Below, piece after piece: positions 12,101 to 23,850 of a stretch of 64,000 nucleotides of DNA. The notes under the pieces were generated by a model. The model saw nothing but the letters and a program-made list of their open reading frames with translations, did not search any database and had not been told where the DNA came from. Within the stretch, counting starts at the first letter, position 1, and each line of letters begins with the position of its first letter. Made by a program: the position numbers and the translations under genes. Source of the DNA: Owenia fusiformis (Eukaryota); NCBI GenBank assembly GCA_903813345.2, contig CAIIXF020000001.1, forward strand, positions 37,448,001-37,512,000, in the 5' to 3' direction.

Positions 12101-13746
12101 TGACTTTTTCAAGTGAAACCAAAATTTTAGAGTACTAACTAATATATTAATGAGCAGCGGGTATCTGCCCAATTCAGCCTTAGCTGATACGTTACTGCAG
12201 TTATTATTGACGCGTAATACCTGTTTGCAATATCTATTGTGTAACTTCTCAAACGGAAATAAATTATTTAAAAGTACTTCCTTCAAGGATTTGTCTTTTA
12301 ACTTTACAATATCTGTAGCCAAAACATCAGAAGCATAGAGTGCAATCGGTTTAACTAAAGTGTCAAATAATTTTATCTGAGATTTCACATTACTATTATA
12401 AAAAGCATTTTTGACTGCATATTGAGCCTTTAGTGCTTTTGAGTACAAAACATTGTATGCAGATTTAAAATTACCGTTTTGATGAAATGTTACACCCAAA
12501 TAACAATAGTTTGCACACTGTGTAACTATGCTATTACCAAATTTAAAGATATTTTTCTTTTTAGTTTCATTAAATATCACCACTTTGGTTTTGTTAATGT
12601 TAACATTTAATTTCCATGTATTACAATATTTTTCAAATTTGTTCAGCATCAGCTGTAATCCTTTCGCTGTCTTACTAAACAATACTATATCATCGGCATA
12701 CATCAATGTGTTGATTTTGTTTCCGTCTAGAATATAAGGATCAAAATTTACATCGTTAAACAGAGATGGAACATCATTAAGATATATATTAAATAACATC
12801 GGACTCAAGTTACAGCCTTGTCTAGTCCCTACATTACTGGGAAAGTGTTCTGTAAAACCACCTTTTAGCTTGACTCTGCATTCAGTATTCACATACATAT
12901 GTTCGATAACACTAATAAAGCGACTACTTAAGCCTATTTTATGAAGTTTATAGAATAATCCTTGTCGCCATACTGTGTCAAATGCACGTTTAAGATCAAC
13001 AAAACATGCAAATAACGGCTTTTTTATTGCTCTCATGGACTTAATATATATAATATATAATTGAATTACACAGAAGCTTTCTTTAATATTGAACTCTTAT
13101 CCACAGGAGGATGATGAGCGTGCTGTGAAGCAGATAAAAGAAGATGCAGAAAAAGCCAGGAAGGCAGAAGGTACAAGATGTATTATTATTAAGGACATTG
13201 TACCCTTACATACTTGTATTACTGTCATGACTCATTACTGTTCAAAATTCAATATTTAACTCCTCCGTGCCACTTGTCTGACCTTACTTTATATCCACTT
13301 ATATTATATTGTATTACATACCTAGCGAAGCATTTGTATGGAAGTCAATGGGAAAGTTAGCGAGCTATATCCACCGATATTGCCCGATTACCCCGATATA
13401 GCCCGCTTACCTCGTTTTGATATTAGATTTCTTTAATAACCATGATAATATCATGACGTCACGTCATTGACAAAGTAACCATGGGAACAAAGGCATGTAA
13501 TACATCAGTTATGTCACTATGACGTGAAATATGCCTTCGTTCTTGCCCAAATATAGAGCCTCCCAAGGTCGGCCTATATTGGGAGAACTCAGGCATATTT
13601 CACGTCATAGTGACATAACCTCTAAATATACCAGGTATATAATCAACAATATATTTTTGATAGGTTATACAGATGACAAGTTGATAGGGGCTCCTGAAGA
13701 ACCAGCTGCCAAGAAACGAAAGTCAAACGGGAATCGTGTAGGGTGA
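198..13746 (+). CDS. RNF216: E3 ubiquitin-protein ligase RNF216 (TRIAD3)-like, RBR family; 5' part lies outside the window
   Basis: Exons with AG/GT boundaries and consistent phases: 198-329, 779-909, 6373-6561, 6746-6894, 7416-7500, 7839-7936, 8161-8293, 8495-8584, 13107-13170, 13664-13746 (TGA). The translation contains RING1 (IECGCCYGE...[22 protein letters not shown]), IBR ([13 protein letters not shown]...[28 protein letters not shown]) and RING2 ([32 protein letters not shown]). It continues with YNHFC...[11 protein letters not shown], which is characteristic of RNF216. The first two exons are supported by splice sites and phase only. Confidence 0.93.
2976..3290. mobile_element. Partial piggyBac-like MITE (TTAA + CCCTAATGTCTGC terminus) in the foldback centre
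   Basis: TTAACCCTAATGTCTGC at 2976 matches the reverse complement of GCAGACATTAGGGTTAA at 63456-63472 and is followed by a G-tract as in that copy. The second end is not found, so the end coordinate is approximate. Confidence 0.55.
3419..3759. mobile_element. Kolobok-like MITE (AG...CT ends, TTAA target)
   Basis: Short TIRs AGAGAGAATCAGAT / ATCTGATTCTGCCT with TTAA on the right. It is homologous along its length to the copy at 33922-34247. Confidence 0.7.
8850..10530 (+). repeat. ~136-bp satellite, ~12 units
   Basis: The unit start TTCTCAGAA recurs at about 8850, 8975, 9143, 9291, 9427, 9565, 9701, 9849, 9984, 10120, 10255 and 10391. Confidence 0.95.
10538..10936. mobile_element. MITE-like insert with 28-bp TIRs nested in the satellite
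   Basis: TCAAAGGACGATTCTCGGTTTGGAGAAC and its exact reverse complement ending at 10936. There are two internal ~190-bp direct repeats and no clear TSD. Confidence 0.7.
11270..13040 (-). mobile_element. 5'-truncated non-LTR retrotransposon (RT + C-terminal Cys/His motif; probably RTE-X-like), antisense in an RNF216 intron
   Basis: RT motifs [33 protein letters not shown] and YLGV in ORF 12071-13036. ORF 11404-12006 continues it after a single +1 shift in a T6 run and ends with IERGRY...CFFC...DEEHVLFCC. An AATAAA on the minus strand lies near 11273-11278. The clade assignment is from memory of motifs only. Confidence 0.9.
13316..13637. mobile_element. Small non-autonomous element with a long internal hairpin
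   Basis: Perfect 29-bp inverted repeat 13508-13536 / 13591-13619, extended by an imperfect stem. Outer boundaries are approximate (TACCT...AGGTA). Confidence 0.5.
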
Positions 13747-13951
13747 GGCTGTGTTACAGATTGCATTAGGACAATTCCAAATCACACCTGAATGATGGCT
13801 TGGAAAAGAGATGACTGGACTTACTGTTCAAATGCTTTGAACTGTGGTTCCTGAATGACATAAGAATGTCCTACTATATTAAGACCCCTCACGTCCTGAT
13901 CTGCTATAATGGTGCTATAAAAAGACAATCAGACATTATGTTTCCAAGTTG

Positions 13952-14541
13952 TTATGTCACCACCAAAGAGTGGTGACATATTGTTATGGTATTGTTTTTT
14001 GTGACGGTGATCGGCGGTTGGCGATCAGCAATTGGCGGTTGACGATCGGGGGGTGGCGGTTGGCGTCTGTAACAAATTCTTAAAACTTCAAATAACTTAA
14101 CAAATACTGTTTAGACTGACTTTAGTTTTTTTTAATTATCTACAAGTTTTCAGAAGTTCAAATCAGACTTAACATTTAAGATTTGACCTTCAATGACCTT
14201 TTCAAAGTCAAGAAAGATAAAGAAGGCCAAAAAGGTATTTTTTCAACTTGCTTCAAATTGACCAATTTTTTTTTCAAAATCATCTAGAAGTCCTCAAAAG
14301 TTCAAATCCAAAGATAATTTTGACCTTCAATGACATTCTCAAGGTCAAAAAGATCTTTTTTCAACTTGCTTCAAATTGACCATTTTTTTCAAAATCATCT
14401 ACAAGTTCTCATAAGTTCAAATCTGACTTTAGATTTGAGATTTCACCTTCAATGACCTTCTCAGGGTCAAAAAGGTATTTTTTCAACTTGCTTCAAATTG
14501 ACCAACTAGGTGGTGACATTTTGTCATGTTAATGCCATGTT
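13952..14541 (+). mobile_element. Second, shorter copy of the HINE/Helentron-type element (~3 core units), ~200 bp after the RNF216 stop
   Basis: Same 5' ATGTCACCACC...GGTGACATATTGTTATGG, same core repeat and same 3' CAACTAGGTGGTGACATTTTGTCATGTTAATGCC as 8626-11033. Confidence 0.85.
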
Positions 14542-14810
14542 TTATATGTTGTTATATTATCCTCACAGTATTCTGCTAAACTAGTCTTTATGTTTAAAAT
14601 TCTAAAAGGATTATTAGAGCAGTCTCATCCCATTGGGCAACATGTTATACACATATTAGGTTTTGGTATATGAAATGTTCACTCAGTCACCAATAAGTTT
14701 GACAAAAGTATTAAACAAAACTGTTTTATAGGTGTTTTTACTCATGACATATTTATTCATTGCATCTTCTTACATTAATTCAGGCACATGTATTTCAGAG
14801 GGAAACAAGT

Positions 14811-15261
14811 TGTCTGAATTCAGACAGAAACATTCCTTAGCTAAACATATAGTGTATCTTATACTTGAATATTCTGTGTCTGAATTCAGGCAGCGGCTTT
14901 CTAATCTATAAGAAACCTAAATTTTCACTGTCTGAATTCAGACACAACTTGATAATAGTAAGATGAATTTGTTTATCTCTTGTGTCTGAATTCAGACACA
15001 GGCTTTTCCATATTAGAAAACAGAAGCTGATTTCAACTGTCTGAATTCAGACACAATTTGATAATAGTAAGATGAATTTGTTTATCTTATGTGTTGTGTC
15101 TGAATTCAGACAGTGGAAATCAGTATCAATTTTCTCAGATTGAAATCTTGTCTGAATTCAGACACATAAACAAATTCATCTCACTATAATGAGACTGTGT
15201 CTGAATTCAGACATAGGCTTTTCCATGTTAGAAAACTGATTCAACTGTCTGAATTCAGACA
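14811..15261. repeat. Palindrome-spacer array 1: 9 copies of TGTCTGAATTCAG(A/G)CA with 32-50-bp spacers
   Basis: Repeat starts at 14811, 14877, 14929, 14983, 15038, 15097, 15149, 15198 and 15246; a degenerate copy lies near 14775. Confidence 0.95.
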
Positions 15262-17077
15262 TGGACTGGTCATAGTGAGGTGAACCCTAATTAAGTTATG
15301 CAATGTTGCATATGACCACATTATCCATACTTTTCTGACAGAAATGGACATAATATACTCTAATTCACATCAAAGTAATTAGAAAATAACAATTTCTTTT
15401 TATATATGGTTCTCAGTGACAGTTCTCATGGTTTAATCTACTGTATATCATTACAAAATGTATATGTTCAACCTTAAGTTCATCAAATTGTATGTCTGAC
15501 TACTTTAATAATATATTTCAGCACATATTTTTGAGTACACTCAGTACATACAGAAAAAGTTGTCAAGTTATTCCATTCCATTTCATTTGATTTTTCATTT
15601 ATTTGATCCTTTTAACTTAGAGATGTTAACGTACATTCTGCATCACATGATTGAAGCTGATTTAAAATTGATGAACTATTTACAATCAAATTCTTTTGTT
15701 AATAACTATTATGATACTAGTATAGTAACTATATAGTAAATATAAAAGGTATAATATACAATGTACAACCCAAGGGAAAAGTGAACCATGTCACTTTCAC
15801 TTCATTTGATAGATCTTTGACAATTTGTAGCTGTCAAAATACTAGATTAATAGTATTTATCTGTGTGTCTCGAATTGTGGCGGGGGGGGGGGGGGGGGCG
15901 TCAATGTTTTTTTTAAATTTTGTAAGTTGATCTTATTTCTGATTTGTTGTGGGATTCAATTAATTGGACTGTGTTAAAGCGAATGCTTAACTTCAATTTT
16001 AAGTTCCCTGTCAATAGTCATGGTACAGTAGATGCCATTGGATATAAAGTTTGCCGTGTTCAATTGATATCCCGTTAAAAGTAAATTTTAATGTCCAATT
16101 TCCACAACCAAACCAATCTTCACTGCTTCACCAGGACTCATTCTATATCCTACTATGTATTCCATCTCAGACTTCTGTCTTATTTGAAGGGGTCTCTGGT
16201 TTCCCCCTGATTTAATGGACATTTGCTGGTTACAACCTGAAATAGTATAGATTAAACAGTTTTATCTATGTTATCATGAAGACTCAACTTGACGGATGGA
16301 CAGACAAAAGCAGACAGACACTCCTAATAATAAAGAAAAATAACAAAATAAGCGGGAAAATAACACACTTCAAATTTCATATGGAGTGTAATGGAATATA
16401 ATAATTTTAGTGGAATATACCTTTTTGACCATTATTGTGTTTTGATTCAATGTAATGCTCATACCTTTTTCTGCAGACCTTGACTTTGTTCGTTCAATAA
16501 TGCTGTTAGGATTAATCACTTTCTTTTTTGACTCATGTGTATGTCCTTCTCATATAGCCATGAGAGTTTGACCGGATTTTCTGAAATATTAATTATCAGT
16601 CTATCAATGTCAAGTAAGAATAAGTTAATTAATTAAGTAGAATTTAAAGCAAACAAAATTTTTTTTAAAATTAAATATACATTTTGATGATGGTGTTACA
16701 TACTTGCAGTGCAAATATAGATTCCTTCCAATATATGCAAACTCTCTTTGTTCACTGACTTTTGTCACTTTGTATAGCTCGGCAAGTCGATATTCAAATG
16801 ATATCGGCCCTGTTTCAAATGTTGGTACCTTAGTTGCCATCTCATATTTTCCAAGTTAGTTTTGCATTGTGTTTTCAACCACAAGTAAATGCATCTAGGA
16901 GTGTTGTCTTCATAAGATCTACATCTAAAGCCTTCTCTTTTCTAGTATTAGCGGTTCTGCAAAATAAACAGTGCTAACATATTATTTGACCTCACAGACT
17001 TGACGTTTTTGTCTAATACAAGATTAAAAACCATAAGAGTCATTATAATATTTTGAATTCTCATATTAAGCTGTCAC

Positions 17078-17285
17078 CCAAGGAGGATTGGAAGCCAGGG
17101 TTCCAACTCAATATTCTTTAATCTCCAATCGATGCGATAGTTTCTGATCCTGCCTGTATATTTCTACGGCTGCCAGGAGAATGGCTGATATTCTTGATTG
17201 AATTTTGTATTCATAACATGGCTATGTGATACCCATATATGAAACAGAATATTGATTGGCGTCACTGGGAGGAAATCCTCCTTGG
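17078..17285. mobile_element. 208-bp MITE with 12-bp TIR and 7-bp TSD
   Basis: CCAAGGAGGATT...AATCCTCCTTGG flanked by CTGTCAC at 17071-17077 and 17286-17292. Confidence 0.8.
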
Positions 17286-20200
17286 CTGTCACATTAGTTA
17301 TTTATGAAGAAATGTATATTATTTAGGGTCTGCCTAAAAAACAGATGACTGGGTAGCCGGTGACTCAGGGTACCTAATGTGTCTAGCAGGGTTACCAACT
17401 TTCAAAGTTGGACATTTTCCCCTAATATAGTAGCAAATTGACATGATAGCCCCAGCCTCCTAAGTGTAAACTATACTGTTCTATATTTAAATATTATATT
17501 TTTATCAAAAACCTACCAGAGACCAAGCACTTTTTGAATAATCAACTATTTTTTCAATATCAGAATACCTGGAAGGCATAAAATCAAATCCTAGCCCTGC
17601 TAAGAATGTTACCAAGTCACCTGGCAACCCGGTTATCCAGTTACCCCAATTTTACACAAAACCTTTAATTCTCCTCTCAAGCTTAACCCTCTTCTAAATT
17701 ATTTTTACATCTTTCTATCCTACTCTGGACATAAAATTATGATAAATTGACTTACCAAATTCAAAATTCCCTGTTGATGTATCTGCCATACTGTACATAG
17801 CATGTTCCAATAATCCAGTGTTTAACTGTTTAATTCAGATCTCTTTCTTCAAAATGTTAATCATTTCTAATATTGTCTGTTAAACCTGTTTCCGCCAAAA
17901 ATTTGAATGGGTGTAACTTAAATCCCTTCTTTCATTGGATAGTGTAAAGTTTAGGTGAGTCTAATATTTCAAAAAGGGTACACAGTGATTCAATGGACTG
18001 ATCTGAAAGCTTATTCCCTAAGTGCTACTAACGGTATCTGTATGCAATATACACCACAAAAGTAACATTAAACATCTTCAAATAAAATAATTTCCATTGG
18101 ACAATTGATAATACATTATACAAAAGGAAAATAACAAAAGCATGACAGTTGGAGAAATCCTAGGTGCTGGAAATTTGAAGAAGATTCTAGGATTTATTTC
18201 CAATATGTTGATGATAGCAGGGGTAAGTTATTTTTTATTAAGATAGTTTTAAATACTTTTTCAAAAATTAAAACTTTTTCAAAAATTACATTTAATTTAA
18301 GAAAATCCAACTAATCTTAAATATAAAAAGAGATATTGAAGATTAGAATTAATGCGGATTATGTGAGCTTCCCCCTTAAACCAACTAGAACTTTTAAACC
18401 AAGAATGAATCACAGCCCCTTCAATGAATGATATTGGTTTATTTAAAACTTATGAATTTGAGATGAATAAATCACTGGCCCTTTGGAGGGGAATAATAGT
18501 GCAATGATGGTGGTCTTTCATAACATGGACTCAACCACCAATGATAGGGTTAAATTACTGTTGCTGCAAAATGTTGATTATATAAAGCTATTTATAATTA
18601 CATTATTTTTTGTAGGAACAAAGCCCTATATGCATACATAAAATATATTGATTGTGAAGAAGAGTCTGCTACCAACATATGGATAAAGGTGAGTAATTAA
18701 TTCTAACATGTTTATTTGCCTTATGTTTTCTTTAAAACAATTTTTCCTGGAATTTTGAAACAATATTCAACATTTTTCCCTTTCGTTTGGGGCCCACATC
18801 TTTTGTATTAAAGGATAGTACCTTGTTGACTCCTTACTTTATATCCATTATAAGTTCTGGTTCAGTGTTCCATCTGTACTTTGTTGCATTAGGCCATATG
18901 ATGTAGATACTTTGTTTTATGTCCTGCTTTTAAGTCCAAATTACACAATGGCATAAGGAAAACAAACATTAACACTTGTTTGCTGGGAAATGTATATGAT
19001 AAATTGCTTGAAAAGGGTATGGTATTCTTATTTGCAGTGATTTCAAATACACATTTAACTAATCGTGTACATTGGTACATGTGGCATGCAGTATGTTTCA
19101 AAGATATTCATAGAAATAAAATGCTCAACTATTCAATTGATTATAATTAATCCAACCTTATTGATAATTAACAAATCAATTATATTTTAATATCAATCTC
19201 AGTGAGGTAATTTCCAAAAATTTTAAAGCAGGTAATTTTATGATGAAGTAAATGGGTCCTCACATGCAGTATTACTCTGAACAGATTTCTCATTAAAATT
19301 CAGAGTATACCCTCACAAAAAGATAAAAACAGATGATTTAAATAAAGGAAAAGGAAAGCAACACAAATTAACGAAACAGAATAATTACTTATAGTATGAA
19401 CCTAAAAGTTAATTCATCACTTTTGTTTATTTTTTAGTGAATATTTGTTGAACATCTTTTAAGGGCAAATTCTTTGAAATTGAGATGCATATCTAATAAC
19501 CACAAATTGCACAAGCATTTACACTGCCATATGATATCAACTACAATGTTTAACTCCTTGATATTATGACAAATTCCATCTGAAATTCACAAAACCACTT
19601 AGCGATTTCTTATATAATATAGCACAAACGAGATACTTATCCATTTCTATAGCATAACATCTTTACACAAAAGCTAGGCTTTTCAATAGGTTGAGATCAC
19701 TCAGTTGTGAACCATATAATAAAATCAACTTCTAGATTGAGTTTCATGATTTAAGTTTGGAGAAATCTGATGAAGTTGAATTTGGTTTTATTGCTTCAAA
19801 TGTTCATAAAAATGTGAGCATTACAAAGAGAATGCTGTGTTTGGAAATAAATATATCACAAAAATATGTTTTTTTAAATAAATGGTTACATCATTTCTCA
19901 TTAAAATTCTCCCAGATTCTCCTATTCTGAAGTCCAATAAACATGACAGTTACCACTTAAATGGATCAAACTTTCCAATGACTGATTTTGACATTATCTA
20001 TTGTAACGAGTTGATCTAATAGAATGGACTGTTGGTACTGTCTCCTAAAATAAATAAAATACCACCCTTTATTTACCAGTGATAGACCACTTCTTCAAAA
20101 TGGGAATGTTAACCGTATAAAAACTAATTTGATTATGAATTTCTTTTTAATAAAATGTGTCAAATACAGAATCCAGGCTAGTTTAACCTTGTTAGAATAC

Positions 20201-22246
20201 AGCATGTTTCAAATGCAATTCAGGGCCAAGCTTGATACTAATTAATTGATATTAATGAATATAGGCTAATAGGACCATCCTGATGCTAAAGTATTGCAAA
20301 TATTAGAAATAATGTTCAAAAACATCAAAGAAGAAAATGGATAAACAACCAATAGGAAAAATAAATATGAAACACAGCAGATGCTCATCAAGTTTCAACC
20401 TCAATCTAAAGCATTGTTATATTCCTTGGCTATGAGGTAAGTTATGTGTTAGCATGCCACCAAGAGAATATTAATTGTCAATATTTGGGTGATAATTATT
20501 GATCAAAGTATCAAAGACAAGGTGTCAATTTTTCTAGGGAATACTAAGTGTTTCGATATGGGTGAAAGACTAAAAGATAGTAATTGAGATGCAACAAATA
20601 TAATTGTAATCACAGATACTCTTATCAATTTGGCTCAAAATTATGTAATGCCATGCAAGTTCCTCAAATACAAAGTTAAATTAGAAAGTTGATCAAAGTT
20701 GAAGATACATTGTGTGACTATTATTAAATTGTGAAAATACTTAGTTACACCCAAATTCTTGAGTACATACATGTCACAGCTAAAATCCAGTTTTAAAGGA
20801 ACACTTTTTATGTTATAATGTTAAAGCTTTAAAACAATGAAGCCACTATGTATTTGGTTTATAACAAGATTCAAGGACACGGCATATTTATGCTTCCTTG
20901 CAAATGCTGATACCAAAGTTCTGGTACCAGGGACATGTCAAATTAATCAACCTACTTCAGTGATGTGATCACCAACTTGTCACCACTAAACGTTTTCAAT
21001 GACCTTAAATCATTAATCACGGAAACTTGAATTTGAATCAGGTCATTTATATTTTTAATAAAGGGAATATCTCAAACTTTTTAGAAAAGGAAGGATATTT
21101 CATATTGAAAAGGAAGCTTATTTAGATTAAACATATATGATACCACCCCTTTTAAAATATATCCCATGTTAGTTGTGTTACATCCACACCTCTAGCATCT
21201 GATACACCGATACAAGTGGGTTAATATTTCAAAATGTTAATTTTTGCCCTCCCCAAGTAAAATAAACATTAACATTATTTAATGTTGTGATAAGGGGGAG
21301 AGGGTTATATCATATTAAGTAAGCTTTAGAGAACTGATTGATCTATTTCATTGCATGGAAACCAGTGTTTCCTAAGTGACATTTTTGTGGTTTTGAGAAA
21401 ATGGGTTTAAAGTTGAATATGAACCATTTATGGGTTTATGATACAAAGCTGATTTTATACTATCTCATGTCATTGTAAGGTTTGTGTATATGATTTCAAA
21501 ACTATTATATTTGCAATGGTAAAATGTAGTTTTTTCAGAAAGGAAATTGTGGCAGAAGATTTTTCAGCTGTTTTGCACGTTTTGACATTTACGTTGACTC
21601 ATTGTATCAAACTGATCAATTCATTGATTTTGCAGTTTGGAAAATAAAACTTATTGTAGGCCTATCATTGAATTCCCTTTCAAGTTTATAATGTTGAAGT
21701 TTTCAATCAACTGTTTTAATTGTAATTAATAATTTAATTAATGCCATATACCACAGTCATTGTTTTTTTAGTACATTGTTTTTGTCATTATACCATTACA
21801 CTGTACATTAAACATTATTGCAATATTAGCATATACTGATTATTTGTTGAATGGGTTGACTCAGAATTTTAATGCAGAGTAGGCCCATTTGTAAGTTGTA
21901 TGTGATGGAACCTTTGAATATATTATAATTACAACCTACATGCATCCTTCATTTCCAAAATACACTTATGTAATACATTAATTAAACAATTCCATTTACT
22001 TAAAAAGTAGAATCAATTTTGCATTGTTCCCCACCAAAGGAAAGTCTTTAATGCCCAATGGAAAGATATTCATTGTATATTTGTTTGTCCAGCTTGAACC
22101 AGTTTTGTATTTCAAACGTGAAATACAAAACTGCTCCCCCAAGCTGGACAAAAAAATAAACATTATTTTTTTATACAAAAAATTAAAAAGATCCAATACA
22201 TCTAGATCTTATTAAAACCATCAGAGTTATGCTGAAAACATATGCT

Positions 22247-22891
22247 ATCATCGTATGATCTGTAAAATAAAGCCTTCTGATTGGTCAGTTCCTGTGCTCT
22301 ACCAATCTGTATTGCTACTGAGATTGTCCCCATTGATCATCTCCATCACAATACAGAAAATGTTGGTACGGAGGGAACAATTTCAGTAGCAATACAGAGG
22401 ATCACACAATAAAAATGTTATTGAATGATTTGAAGTGCAATACATGATATATTCTGTCTCGATATTCTGTATTGGCACTTGACTTCGTCTCGTTCCAGTA
22501 CAGAATTTCTCGAGCAGAATATATCCTTTATTGCACTTCAAATCATTCAATAACTTACATCATCGTATGATCTGTAAAATGAAGCCCTCTGATTGGTCAG
22601 TTCTTGTGCTGTACCTATCTGTATTGCTACTGAGAGTGTCCCCATTGATCATCTCTGTCGCAATACATAAAATATTTTTAACAAAGGGACAATCTCAGTA
22701 GCAATACAGAGGACCACACGATAAAAACATTATTGAATGATTTGAAATTGAAGTGCACAATCTGTATTATATATATTCTGATATATTCTGTCTCGATATC
22801 CTGTATTGGCACTCGGCTCCGTCTCTTGCCAATACAGAATTTCTCGAGCAGAATATATACTGTATTGGACTTCAAATCATTCAATAACTTA
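22247..22891 (+). repeat. Two tandem copies (~312 and ~333 bp) of a double-hairpin interspersed element
   Basis: Units start ATCATCGTATGATCTG at 22247 and 22559, and each has two long stem-loops (e.g. 22306-22398 and 22417-22554). The 5' part recurs at ~48172-48272. Confidence 0.85.
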
Positions 22892-23850
22892 TAATATTAT
22901 CATTTCATTATATTGTGCCATCAAAAGAAATGGTACATTTTAGAGTGTGATACTCTGGTGCCATTTTCAATAGATCTTACTTTTAGTGTTATTGAACTTC
23001 AAAGAGAAGTGAAGGTTATCCGCAAATAATATACCCATTGCATGGGATAGGTTATTTTCTTTGGTATAGCAAAATATTTGAGCTAAAAAATAATTTGTGA
23101 AGTTTTCTAAATGTTTTTAAATGAAAAAATAGCATGCTCCCCTAAGCTGGACAAATCTTTGACCACCTGTGACTTACCAACCATATTTCATGACTACCAG
23201 CCTGATATAGTCACAATGTTACATGACTTTAAATATCAAGTAGTTATTTCCTAAAATGACAGGGTTGCAGCTTTTTTTGACCACCCTGTACAGCAATATT
23301 ACTTAATATTATAATATTACTTAAATAATATTATAGTTTTCTTTTGTTTAATTCCAGGTGATGTTTGAGACCAAAAAAAACGGCGAGTGGTTTATGTTGG
23401 CTATTTCCAAAGCAACAACATGTATGCATGTCAATACAAGGATTGCCATTGCGCATGTTCATTTGTTGCACAATACAACACAGAAAAAGCAAGCAGGATC
23501 AAAGATTATTAATTGAGCCATAAGAGCCAAATACGACACCAATTTCGAAAAAAAGAAGCTTTAAGATGAAATTGGGGAAGATAGCATCTCTCTATATAGG
23601 AATGAACACTCTCACTGTTGAGTCAAAGCCAGTGATATGGTGGGATCAATTTATGTGGCAAATGTCAAAGCCATTGTAAATTCCTTGAAGATGAATCTGA
23701 CAAAATGCGAAGATAGACTTGATGAATATGACCCTAATTTACTTCAGATTTTTTTTTTTGAAATCGTTAGATTAGAACTTGGGCTAGTATAATGATGAAG
23801 CTAACAGATTATAATGTATTATGAAAGAACTAGAGTATTACTCATATTTA

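Noticed and set aside
15881..15899. Poly-G tract as a functional G-quadruplex
   Set aside because: A simple homopolymer; similar tracts occur inside several TEs in the window.
17323..17666. Weak inverted ends suggesting an old MITE
   Set aside because: Identity is too low to support boundaries.
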